43,457 nucleotides of DNA, taken from NCBI GenBank assembly GCA_002269645.1, contig NIVC01002240.1, positions 147,087-190,543 of the forward strand, given 5' to 3'. Below, one piece after another: positions 10,854 to 28,617 of this stretch. Positions within the stretch are counted from its first letter, which is position 1; each line of letters opens with the position of its first letter. The notes beneath the pieces are model-generated. The model had not been told where the DNA came from, searched no databases, and worked only from the letters and a program-made list of their open reading frames with translations. The stretch is from Macrostomum lignano. Lineage: Eukaryota. Position numbers and translations under genes: made by a program.

Positions 10854-12083
10854 CACCATTTTACCTCCTATTTTGAACAAAGTCTTGTTCAAAAGAAACA
10901 AGCAGAACTTCAATTCAAACACTTTAGGAAATATCAGCTCTTGCGGAAATTCAATTCAAACAAAGTCCCTTTCTATTGAAACAGAAGAACTTCAATTCAG
11001 ACTGTCTGTGGCCAAAATTGTCCCCGAGTGACGCGCATGCGCAGATTTGAAATTCAAATGAAACAAAGTCACCTATTTCGACAGAGATTTTCGCACATAG
11101 GTACAAGTACATTTTAGTACATTAATCTAACTTTTTTGTTTTTCCTGTACTGCATAACTGTACAATCGTTGCGCAATAAGAAACGATATGAATGCTGAAG
11201 ATCAGATTGAAGAAGACGATGAATTGCTGGAAGAAGATGGAATCGATGAATTTGAAGCAGAATTCGATGAAGATATCATGGAACAGCAGCCTCGGCAGTG
11301 CACTATTGTTTAAGCAACAGTGACGAGACCGTATCATCAGGGCTGCTGATCGTGGGGATGACTTGTGGAACTGGCGCGCCAACTTGGAGTCAAGAGGTCA
11401 ACAGCGAACACGATCGTGAGGTCAGGGAGAGCAGAAAAGCAGCCTACGAGATTCCGGACAGGCGGACACCATTCAGGTCAAGTGGCTTCCACCATACAGT
11501 CCATTTTTTAGTCCTGTGGAGAACTCAATCTCCTGTTGGAAGGACACTCTGAAGAGAAAACTGGCAGCAGACCAGCAAAATTTCATCCCTCCGACAGCTG
11601 AGCAGCACGGCAATCAGTCAACGGCGGCCTATCGGCGAGACATTCTGTACAACATGGTGGACAGAACCATTGGCTGCATCTCTGTGGACAAATGCATTGA
11701 GTGGTTCAACCATATGTTTACATACGTCCCTCGCTGCGTTGGTGGACAGGCAATTGATGGTCAGGTGTCTCAAGTTGGCCAACTGACACTGTCTTGTTCC
11801 TGTTTTTCATTCTACTCTTATGTTCGTCGATATGCTGTGTTTTATCCCTCTGTCGAAATAGAATGTGACTTTGTTTCTTTTGAATTTCAAATCTGCGCAT
11901 GCGCGTCACTCGGGGACAATTTTGGCCACAGACAGTCTGAATTGAAGTTCTTCTGTTTCAATAGAAAGGGACTTTGTTTGAATTGAACTTCCGCAAGGGC
12001 TGATATTTCTTAAAGTGTTTGAATTGAAGTTCTGCTTGTTTCTTTTGAACAAGACTTTGTTCAAAATAGGAGGTAAAATGGTG
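10854..12083 (+). mobile_element. Internally deleted Tc1/IS630-type DNA transposon with ~235-bp TIRs and TA target duplication
   Basis: 10854-11086 is the near-perfect reverse complement of 11848-12083, and TA flanks both ends. The interior has a frameshifted HTH-like stretch (ELARQLGVKRSTANTIVRS) and WLPPYSPFFSPVENSISCWK, matching the YSPDLNPIE-type motif. Confidence 0.85.
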
Positions 12084-13066
12084 TACTTCAAAAGTAAGCG
12101 CCTTAGCTGTGTGCTTCGGACAGCACTGTCTTTGCGATAATTAAAAAACTTATTTTGGCAGACGCATCGTAACAATTAACACATAATTAACCAATCAGAC
12201 CCCAACAGCAAAAGAGACGGACAGCAGGCAGGCAAAAGTCTATGGCACGAAGCAGCGCTAGAGGTGGGGAAAGCGACCCCTTGGAAACGACAGTTTTATG
12301 TGGCTAATTTCACGCAAGGTAATTGGCAAAGAACATAAGAAATAAACAGGCAAACAAACGAGAATAAAATAGGAGTTAAGAAAAATTTTAGCTGCAACGT
12401 CAGAGCACAGAGGGTGGCGCGCAGGTAAATAAGCGGGTGAGCAACCCCCCACCCCCACCCCACAGAGGGGTAGAGAGGACGGCGCACAAAGGCGCACACA
12501 GTACAGCGCGAGGAGGGGTGGATGGCTAACACCCATTTCACTCCAGGCTCACAAAAGGAGCCCTAATAGAAATGGAGGCATTCAACAACTTTCTGCTTAT
12601 TAGGAAGTGCGTTAGATAACTTCATTGGACTTTGCTGAACCGGCAGCCGGTTCAATTCGGTCACGTAGCTGCAGGTAAGGAAGCTGCTGGCTGCATCAAG
12701 ATGAAGATTCTCACTTGTTTTACCTGTGGCTCTATTATAGTGGCACATCCTCCTCAGTAGTGAGTGAGCAGCTTTTCACACATATAACGGTCTCAAGCGA
12801 ACCTCGTATAGGTCCTACAGTCCCAAGAAGACAAACTTTTACTGAAAATACGGAAGCTCAATTTAAAACAAGTCGTTCTCAAGCTTTTTGGGGTATGGCG
12901 GCCTGTGAAAATGTTTTTTGGAAACGGAAGGCCGCTTGATATTGGTTTATGTTGTCAAACCAAGTTTGGAATAGTTTGTATTATTTTCTAGTTTGGAAAG
13001 CAGTAATGGTGCTACTGGTTGCCACAAAGTCTGGGATTTTGTGTTTTTTTCACTAGGGCTGTTGCA

Positions 13067-13290
13067 GCCTGGAGGTTTGAGCGGCGGACTCACGAGTGAA
13101 AGGTAGGAAGTTTGATACTCAAACCAGTCGGAACAATTTGTGTCCTTGAGCAAAACAGCTATAAAATGGGTGCCAGCATTAGATGGGGTAATTGAGTGTA
13201 AATGGCGACCCCCAGTCCTTGGTCGAGCTTTCAGATGCGCCGCGCAATAGCTGCGGCTGAGCTGTCGGTTGCACATCTGCACAGTAGGGC
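13067..13290 (+). mobile_element. SINE-like interspersed repeat, copy 1
   Basis: Shares gtgtccttgagcaa/gagcaagacact and ggt(g/a)cc(a/g)gcattag.tggggtaattgag...tggcgacccccagtccttgg with 31089-31207. Confidence 0.5.
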
Positions 13291-14317
13291 AGTTGTAAAA
13301 AAATCACCAAGCTGACACAACTGCATGTTCTCAATTGCGCTTCTCAATCAAACTGGATCTAATGTATCCATCTTAGTTATCCATTACCAAGCAAATCAAA
13401 GGACCTGTTAGATATTCCTGTTAGAATTCCTGTTAGAATATTCCTGTTAGAATCTGCAAGCAAACGGAAGGTTAAGTTTCAAGATTGTGATACTGATTTT
13501 TCTTGCTCTAAATTTTTTATCCTGTACCTGATTAATTGTTTATTACAAAATATGAAGCCTATTTCAATTACTTTCGTCAATTAAGTCAACTGTTTTGAGG
13601 ATATCTTAAATACTACAGGTTGCGCTGTAATATGTACGCTGTTGAATAGCACCAGTAGTGCGGTCGTAAGTGCATTCTAGAATTAGAAACGTTTGGCCCA
13701 AAAAAGAGCACACTGTACAGTGTACATAATTTGTTACTGCTTACGAGCGTATATGCTCTTTCACACGCATTTTACCTTGTTAGTATGCACCATAATGCCG
13801 GTTCACCTTACCACCAGTACATAGGCTAAATCGAAATTACTCAAATCAGTTTTCAAATGGGTCCTAACCGACTGTACATTGTTTTGAGCAATCTTTGGCC
13901 CGCGTACGAGCTCGTAGTTACTAGCGGTAATGTGAACCAGCCTCTAGAGAATCTTTGAACAAAATATTTTATATGTGATGACCTGGCGTGGCGGTTGCGT
14001 ATGCACTTTTCTTCTTCATCTTTTCTTACCCTCACTGCACTTCGATCACTTCGATCCGGAGCCCAAAAGATCGAGCCAGGCTTATTTCTACACCTGGACC
14101 TGTCCGATCGATTGCCTATGTTTATGAACCGATTTCCGATTTTCGCGCAGATCTGCGCAGACTGGCGCAGCACTGCATCTTTAGCAGAAGCCCAACTGAT
14201 ATGCTCAGAGACAGGCAGACAGGCGCTCGGAATCGCTGACGACAACATTCCAGCGGAGGCTGCTTTCGAAGCCAACACAAAACCAAAATACACTGTTGGG
14301 GTCTTTAGAAAGCAGCG

Positions 14318-14681
14318 TCACAGGATGCATGTCTGGACCAGGTCGCGAACGAAGGCCACGCCGCCAACCGAATCCGGGGCATCAGCGTCAGCCTGCAGGC
14401 AGTTGATTGTACGAGCCAGTCCCCGCCAGGGTGCCTGCAGCGTCAGCAGCAGCACCTCCTGCACCGGCTATGGGCAGTACGACTCGGCGCGGATGATGCG
14501 GTCTGCCAGCTGAAGTCGCCGATGGCGCAGCAGCAGCGTGCTCTGCGTCTACTTGTTGCTCAAGCGAGTTCGTCAGGATCCAAGTCTCAGCGTTGCACAG
14601 CAGAAAGATCTCGATCACCGCCTGGAAGAGAAGCGCCCTCTGGCGGTCAGGTAGGGCCTCGTACTGCAGGACCGCCCTCAC
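14318..14681 (-). mobile_element. RTE-like non-LTR retrotransposon 3' fragment, degraded
   Basis: LLCNAETWILTNSLEQQVD resembles the post-RT segment of RTE elements. The C-terminus EVLLLTLQAP...APDSVGG is similar to 41684-41901. Confidence 0.6.
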
Positions 14682-14739
14682 AGAACAAAAGGCAGATCAG
14701 GCAAGCCCGCGGCGACGCCGCAGATCCTTGCAGACGCCG

Positions 14740-16780
14740 GGAAGCAGACTGCCGAGAAAGATTAACAACGCTAAAATCGCTGAAGCTCCATTGCCTGTCT
14801 ATCTACACCTTCGCACAATACTGCAGTTTCAATGTCATCCGGCACACAGAGCACGATGGTATTCTAAATGTTGACCACCAGGAGAGGAAGCTGATGCTCG
14901 ACACCGCTGACTCTGGCTCAGGCTCAAGAATTGGATGCTGAGGAGAATCTGCTGGTGACGAAATCTGCTAGCTAGGAGGTCCTCCAGAATCCAGATTGCC
15001 AAGAGACCAACGACGGTCAAGCGCTGCTTCCAGGACCTATCGCAGCCAGCATGTAGCGGCGAAGTGTCCTTTTGCCTACAAGAAGTACTGCAACTGTTCT
15101 AAGCTAGGCCACGCAGCTGCTGCCTGCAAGTCGCCAACAGCGGCTAGTTGTTGCGCAAATCCCTCGGTGCGACAGTTGAGGGTTGAGAGGTAGCCAACTC
15201 ACTGCATGTCATGGCTAAACGGAGAGGATAGATTCCGCAATCAAGACCACGGTCTACATCAAAGGCGCGCTCGTTTGCATGGAGATTGACACCAGTGCGT
15301 CCATCTCGCTTACATCATCAGACACCTTTCGATCAGTTTTTCGGGGTTTGCCTAAACTTTAGCCTGCCAACGCACAGCTTCGCGCGTACTCTGGGGAGCT
15401 GGTCCTTGCTCGGCAGAGTCACCGTTCGGGTGCTAGCGGCAGGAGGCTGATCGATTGGGACTGACAACAAGCAGATGCGAAAGGACAGCGAGAACCCAGG
15501 ATCCTTGGCCTGATCAACCGGCTCGGCAAGTTACAATGGACTGTCCGTGCAGCTGCATAGGAGGGCCCATACCAGGCCTCAATTTTTCATAGCACGCAGC
15601 GTTCCATTCGCACTCAAGGCCAGAGCGGAGACTCAGCTCGACAAGAAAATTAATCAAGGTGTGTTCGAGCAAGTCAAAAGCTCGGACTAAGCTTTACCGT
15701 TTGTGCTGGTTCTCAAGTCGGATGGTTCGATTAGCATCTAATGCCGAGCAGTCGGTCAATGTCAGCGTTGAGCCGGAAGAAAATCCGTTGCTACGGATAG
15801 TTGAGCTTTTGCTAAGCTGGCCCGCGGAAAAAATTACAAAGCTCAGCTTGTCGCAGGCCTATTCTCAGTTTCCTCTTGAAAATTGCAGTGTCTGCTGCGC
15901 TACACCCGCCTGCGGTTCGAAATTTCTCCTGCCATACGGAGAGCCTGCTGCAGTCGATTTCCCACATCGGCTGCTTTATGAACGATCTGATGGTCACCGA
16001 CGTCAACGACGAGAGTTACCTGCATTCTGCAGAGGTTGGTGCTGCAGAGGTTGCGTCAGAGCAGATCGCGCTGGGGCCTGAGCAAGTGCGACTTCATGCA
16101 GAATAGCGTTTGCTACCTGGGCGCAAAGATCGACTCCTCCAGTCTGCATCTGCTGCCGGACAACGTTTGAGCCATCACCCACGTGACGTGACATCACAGG
16201 ACGTGACGCAGCTCCGCAAGTTCCATAAAATAGTCAACTATTTCGGGAACTTTATGTCCAACCAATCATTGAAGCTGGAGCTGCTGCACCGACTGCACCG
16301 CAAGGCGCCAGTCCTCGCACATTTTGACGACAAGAAGCCGTTGCTACTCGATTGCGACGCATCATCCTACGTATCGGAGCGGTCCTATAGTCATTGAGTC
16401 GAAGGTATCGACGAGCCGTTCGCTCTTGCTCCACGCTCGTTGCTAAATCGTTGCACGATTCCAGTTTGGACAAGGAGGCCCTTGCAGTCATGTATGGCGT
16501 GAAGCCGTTCAAGTCATACAGCCATCAGTCAACGAGCAACTCACCAGTGCGTAACCCGACTGCCGGAAGCTGCTGACGCCACCGGCACCGGTTTCGCTGC
16601 ACCTGTGGCCGTAGCCGGAAGGGCCCTAGTCCCGCCTTTAACTCGATTTTGAGGCTCTATGGAGGGCGAGATGCTCCTTGTAGTCCTAGATGGTCATTTC
16701 AAGTGGATGCGCGTCCAAGTCTTGACGTCGACGACTTCAACTCGACCATCTAGAGACTTCGGCAGAAGAGCTTTTCAAAC
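14740..16780 (+). mobile_element. Heavily decayed Ty3/Gypsy relic (gag knuckles, PR, RT, RH, IN fragments)
   Basis: Fragments in Gypsy order: QHVAAKCPF..CNCSKLGHAAAAC, MEIDTSAS, KITKLSLSQAYSQFPL, LLLDCDASSY, SLDKEALAVMYGVK. Many stops and frameshifts. Confidence 0.75.
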
Positions 16781-17373
16781 GTGGGCTGTTGCAGCCTGTG
16801 AGCCCGGTGACAACACCATGCCTTAAGAGACGGACATTAATTTATACTTGCGCTTGCTTTTGATTTGAATATTGTAACTCCCCTTGTTTTCTCAGTAAAT
16901 TATTCCTATTCCATTCAAATGAATCATTGCGCCCGCAGTTCAATAACTACTACATCGAAAAGTTTTAATGCGTACGCAATACACATGCAAGCACTGCAAA
17001 ACTGTGTCAGAATGTTACCTTTAGAGTTTAAAATACAGCACACAGTGGTTTTACTCCAGGTCTAAAGTGTTGTAGCCCAGCGTATTCTGGGTATAGATTA
17101 GATAAACAAAAGCCCAAAAGGGCTAACATATAGGTCAGCGCTAGGCTCGATAGCACTCATTTTCACGGATTGCACCATCCGAATGCAATTCGAGAGATAA
17201 GTGCTGTGGCTTCCCTTGCAGCAGTGAATAAAATGACGACACTTGCCCATTTACAATTCCGCTCCATTCAAAAGTATTTTTCACTTATTCATTTTTTCAT
17301 TCGCAGCCTCACGAGCTAAAACAAGAAGGTAAAACAGACAACGATTTCTTCTTCGAAAGATCCGCTGAAAGCA

Positions 17374-23844
<6,471 letters not shown>

Positions 23845-24316
23845 CAATCTTTTATTTTGTAGACTATTCCAGCTTAAACTTATTCTGATTAGGCTTGATC
23901 ATAAGGTTTAATACAGTCAAACCGGTGCGAATGAACGTGTTTTTTTAAAGATGCCGAAAAACGCAAGCAGAAACCAAACAAACAAATATCATTTTTTACT
24001 GTAATCAACGCATAGGTTATCAACAAATTGGCATGTTTATTTCATTAAAATCTTTTTTTTAATTTAGCTTTGTTCGTACTACAGTACTAATACAGTGTTG
24101 TAAGTGTTCTCATGAAAAACCATTCAGTTCGAATGCGTTGTACGAATTTTTAAGCAAAATTTAGTCAACAGGTTTAATGCATTCTATTTTGCACAGATTC
24201 CGTATTTTTCCCAGTATTTTTTGAGGATTTATAGGACAATACCCGGTGTTGTCGTTAAATACTCGTAATTGCGCATTCGACAACTTTCGTGCCACTCATC
24301 AAATCTGCAAAGCTCT

Positions 24317-27174
24317 TCAAAACTTCCTCTCCAAGTCGACTAAGTTCTCGGTGGACTTGTGCTGAATGTGCTGGTTGTGCTCCGTCAGGTCCACAGTGAG
24401 GCCACTCTTCAGACCCTCTTGTTTGAAGGCGTCGTTTGTCACGGCAGTTGCATCGACGGAGTCCTCGCCGCCGCCCTCGCCATCCAGCTCGTACTGACTG
24501 TCGCGCGAGAAGCGCTCGCGAATCTTCTTGCCAGCCAGCAGGAAGTAGAGCGGCATGGGGGTGACTAGGACAACGATGAGCGGCACGATGGCTGCGAGGC
24601 TACCGTCCGGCTGCGGCATGGAGAACTGCAGCACCAGGATCGGGATGCCGATATTCTGGATGCCGGCCTCCAGGGCGATGGCGATGGCCTGCTTGCGGCC
24701 GAGTCGCATTATAATGGCCACGGTGTAGCCAAACAGGAATCCAAGCCAGGGCAGCAGAGCGGCGAATGGAATAATAATCGGCAGTTGAGCTGAAATTTGA
24801 TCACAGCGACGCTCTGTATTTGCAGTAAGGTTTCTTTCCTTGCTTTCCTGGATCCCTGCGAAGGTTGACTGATTTCTTCACGGAACATCTCAATCAAAAC
24901 CCGGGGCTTTAGTGATTTTTTCTGTCACGAATAAACAGGCCAAATAGTCCGTTGAATTCTGTCTGCTGAAATTGTCTGAACCTCAAAAGTAGCCATGAAA
25001 ATTTTCTATTTTGTATTTTTCGACTATTCGAATGCCTTGATGACCGAATAAAATTTATGAAAAGATTTTTTCGTTTCGCTATCGTTGCTCCCGGGGCTTG
25101 ATGAGCATGGCAGCTCAGTTGCTGATAAGAAAATTCCTATGCTTGCAGGTGACTCAGGTGACAGGCTGTAATTGCGCATCTGAACTAATCTTATAAGCTA
25201 GTAGACAGTGAAATTTCTTTTGCAAAGACAGTTTGCCTATACAGGCCTTATCAGTGCCACAAAGCAAAGCGTTTGGCATTTTCCTATCTGAACCAGTTCT
25301 CCTCTTATTAATCACAGAAAATTTCCAACTTTAGGTGCGATGGCTGGCTGGATTAGTTTTGGTCAGTTATTTATCAGTCTATTAAAAATTTTTGACTTCT
25401 TCCCAATGTGTTCCAGCACGGTCCACTTCCAAGCGAGACTGTTTCACTGTGGCACGTTTCCTTGGAAACGAAGATTACAGTTGAGTTTGTGCCTCAGATA
25501 CAAAATCTTTACCATGCGTTTTCACGGCCTTCTCGATATTTGATAAATAATATCGAGAATTATGCAGGAAACACCCGTATTTCGAGGTACACCTGGCTGT
25601 TTATTGTGTGAAATTTCTAACCTAAGAAATCAGACTTAACTCACCAATCAGCTCAAACAGGTACAGGTTAATGTAAGTGCCGAATCCGATCGAACAGCAC
25701 GAACAGCAGGGCGAACGGCTTGATGATCGCGACAGGCGATGGGCAATCTTGGGCCACTTCAGCTTGACCAGCACGCCCAACGTCACTGGGATGACCAGCT
25801 GCAGTAGGTTCAGCGCTACCTGGTCGTAGGGGATCCTGGCTCGTTGCTGATGTAGAATCTAGTGTACGCGAACAGCCAGAGAGGCATCATGACTGCAATC
25901 GTTTGAAAGCATATGCTCCGTTTTTCTCTACTAATTAGCATTAGAGATGCGGATGGACAAGTTCAGAGTTGATCGGTACAATGCACTCAATATAAAGTTT
26001 CTAAAGTGGCTGGTACTTACACATGGCGCACACCTGGCTGACGAAGGTCATGGTCATGCTGAGGTCGAGGTCGCCGTCGAATAGCAGGGTCCACATGTTG
26101 CTGCTTCCTCCTCCTGGCGAGCAGGACAGTGTGAGAATGCCGCAGGCGAACGCGCTCGCGTTGTCCAGGTCCTGTACCAGCAGAAGCAGCACCTGACCGA
26201 CTGCGAGACCCAGCTGTCAAATTATCGGGTGAGCACGAGTCAGAAGACTTTGTGGTTCAGTTCAAAGTAGCTCGTAAACCTTGAGATCTATGGCTTCGGT
26301 GTGGCTGCTCATGGTCCCTAAAACTGTAAATACAACTACTAACTATTCCTGGGATAAAAAGGCGTCAGAAAGCATTTAAGCGCTTTGATTTACGTAGCTC
26401 GTAGTATGACTTATGCACTGCCTACGGTTGGGATCTGAACTTTCAGTGCCGATCGGGAAAGTAACAGAACGAAGTAGTGCGTGAATGAGAACTCAATCGC
26501 TTGCAAGAATTGAGATCGATCAAGATCTCAGTGAAGCCGCTCAATTTCTATTGAATGTGATGGATTTCGGGGTGATTACTAGCGACGTTTTTAAAAGCTT
26601 ACGTGAGGCATCAGAATAAACTGCGTGAACCAGCCAACTGCGAGGCCTACTGGTCGCTTCAGCAGCTTGATCACAACATTCAGATCGATGGTGCAGCCCA
26701 TTCCAAACACAAGAACGATGACGAAGGCGATCAGGATGCCCCGATAGACAGACTGGAGCGCATTTGAGTTTGCAGCACAGCCACTTGCTCATTGTCGCTG
26801 ATCAGGTAGTCCAGCTCGGAGTTCTTTGTCGCATTCGTATCGAAGGAGATCAACAGGTCGCTCCAGCCGAGCCTCACGCCCTGGATGGTGAGCTGAAATC
26901 GGTGCTCTTCCCCGACGCTAGAGTTCCCCGACCACGGATAGGACGTCTCGTTAGTCAGCCGAGCGACTTTCAGGTCCTTCAAAGCGAAGCGAAGAACTCC
27001 CTGTTGAACCACCGGATCTGTCACGCTCACTGTCACGTTCACAACGAGCCGTTGTTCGGTCATCAGAATGATCGGGTGGGGCTGGAAGGAAATGTTTAGT
27101 TTGGCATGGCTAAAGCAAGCCAAGCAGCCAATAGCTAGTAAGAGCTGGTATTGAAGTCCTTGATTGAGCATCAT
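24317..27174 (-). CDS. SLC10 sodium/bile-acid symporter family (SLC10A3/A5-like, with signal peptide and luminal domain), copy A; frameshifted as assembled
   Basis: Exons 27174-26603, 26213-26021, 25892-25645, 24789-24317. Motifs SCSPGGGSSN and IALEAGIQNIG. Exon 1 (572 nt) is off frame by one base, and exon 3 is 4 nt shorter than in copy B. Confidence 0.85.
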
Positions 27175-27780
27175 GTGCTAGGCCTGTGCCGAGTTGCCGT
27201 CTCAAAGCTTTGGCTTCTCTTAAGAAAATTTCTTAACCACAGGCTTGAACTTAAATAGAGCCTTGCTCAAATTGAGAATGCTCCCCCACCTTTGCCTGGC
27301 CCTGGTTGTTGCTTAGGCACGTCTTCAAATAGCGATAGGAGAATGAGAAAGTGTTTCTCAGCCTCAGTGAACATTCTAATCTGTCCTTCTCTCTAACATT
27401 TTTAATATTATTTCATATCAGATAAGTAGAAAACTTTTGTTGCTTTCGCTTTTCTGACAGAGAAAATGCATATCTGTATGTACCACCGCATTCTAGCGCA
27501 CGAAATATACAGTGTGGACTGTGTTCGTTTTCGGTGTGAAGAGTCTGATTCAATTGACATTTTTAATTGTTTTGATTTGTCAGGGCGAGACGCGAGATAC
27601 AGGCGTTGAACTGAAAAACAAAATCGTTCTGGTTAAAAAAGATTTTAAATTTTTAATGAACCGGGCTAACTTTCTTGAAGTTACAAAGCGTACAAAACAC
27701 ACAGAGACTTATAACTCACTCTCACACCTGCAGCATCGCAGCAGCAGCGAGACGCATATCCCATTCTGTAGCTAAATATT

Positions 27781-28201
27781 GTATTGTATTTTCCCCGCCA
27801 TTCGCAGAGCCCTGCTTGGACTCAACCACAGGGACATCAGGCCGGTGACCATGGGCTCGCTCGGAACATGGCTGTTTTGCCAGGCATCGTCAACTCCAGT
27901 GAAAATCGGTAGCGAGGAATGCCCTTCATCTGTGAATGCCCCGCCTTTACTTAGGACAGGCTCACCTACCTCGGCCCAAACCCGGACCTTGCGGAGGTTT
28001 TCAGGCTAGCTCGTCCGCAACCTGAGGGCTACCGGGCGAGCGACCATTCACCTCCTGAACTCTCTGGAGGGAGACGGTGCTGCGTACACCAGCAACACCG
28101 GATCTCCCTGAGCTGCCCGTGGTCGCCAAGGGGTAGCGGAATGGGCGGCGACGCCTCCCCGCTGTATCCGGATGCCCGGAGCCCCCGGCAGCTGAGTCAA
28201 A
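27781..28201 (-). mobile_element. 5'-truncated non-LTR retroposon insertion with a 13-bp TSD
   Basis: GTAGCTAAATATT occurs at 27768-27780 and 28202-28214. There is a short (AATAC)n-like tail on the minus strand and a GC-rich interior in AT-rich surroundings. Confidence 0.7.
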
Positions 28202-28617
28202 GTAGCTAAATATTTAAAAAATTCAAGCGTTGATGCTAATAAACCCACGCAGTTGGTTTACATGACGAATATGACTGTTCACCGTTCAGTTTGAGTTTCT
28301 GTCAAACTCAATTAAGCTAACGCTTTCCTCTACAAAAAAATTTGCCATTGTTTAAGGTAAGGCCGACTGAAGTATCGGTCTTATGAAGTCCAGAGTTTTA
28401 TTTTGCTTTAAAAATCCTTCAGTATTTTTTTACACTTTATGAACCGTTTTTATCACAAAATACGCTCGTAATAGACTGATAGCGGGAAGTCAGAGCAATG
28501 ATTTCCTATACATACAGTACATCGGACGTAAAGGTGCAGTGCATAGTGCAAAATACTGACTGAATCTCAAGGTAAAATGGTAAAAAAAGAATATTCGTTT
28601 TCATTGAACAACCAGCG

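Noticed and set aside
13411-13455. Three copies of TTCCTGTTAGAAT
   Set aside because: Short slippage duplication with no further context.
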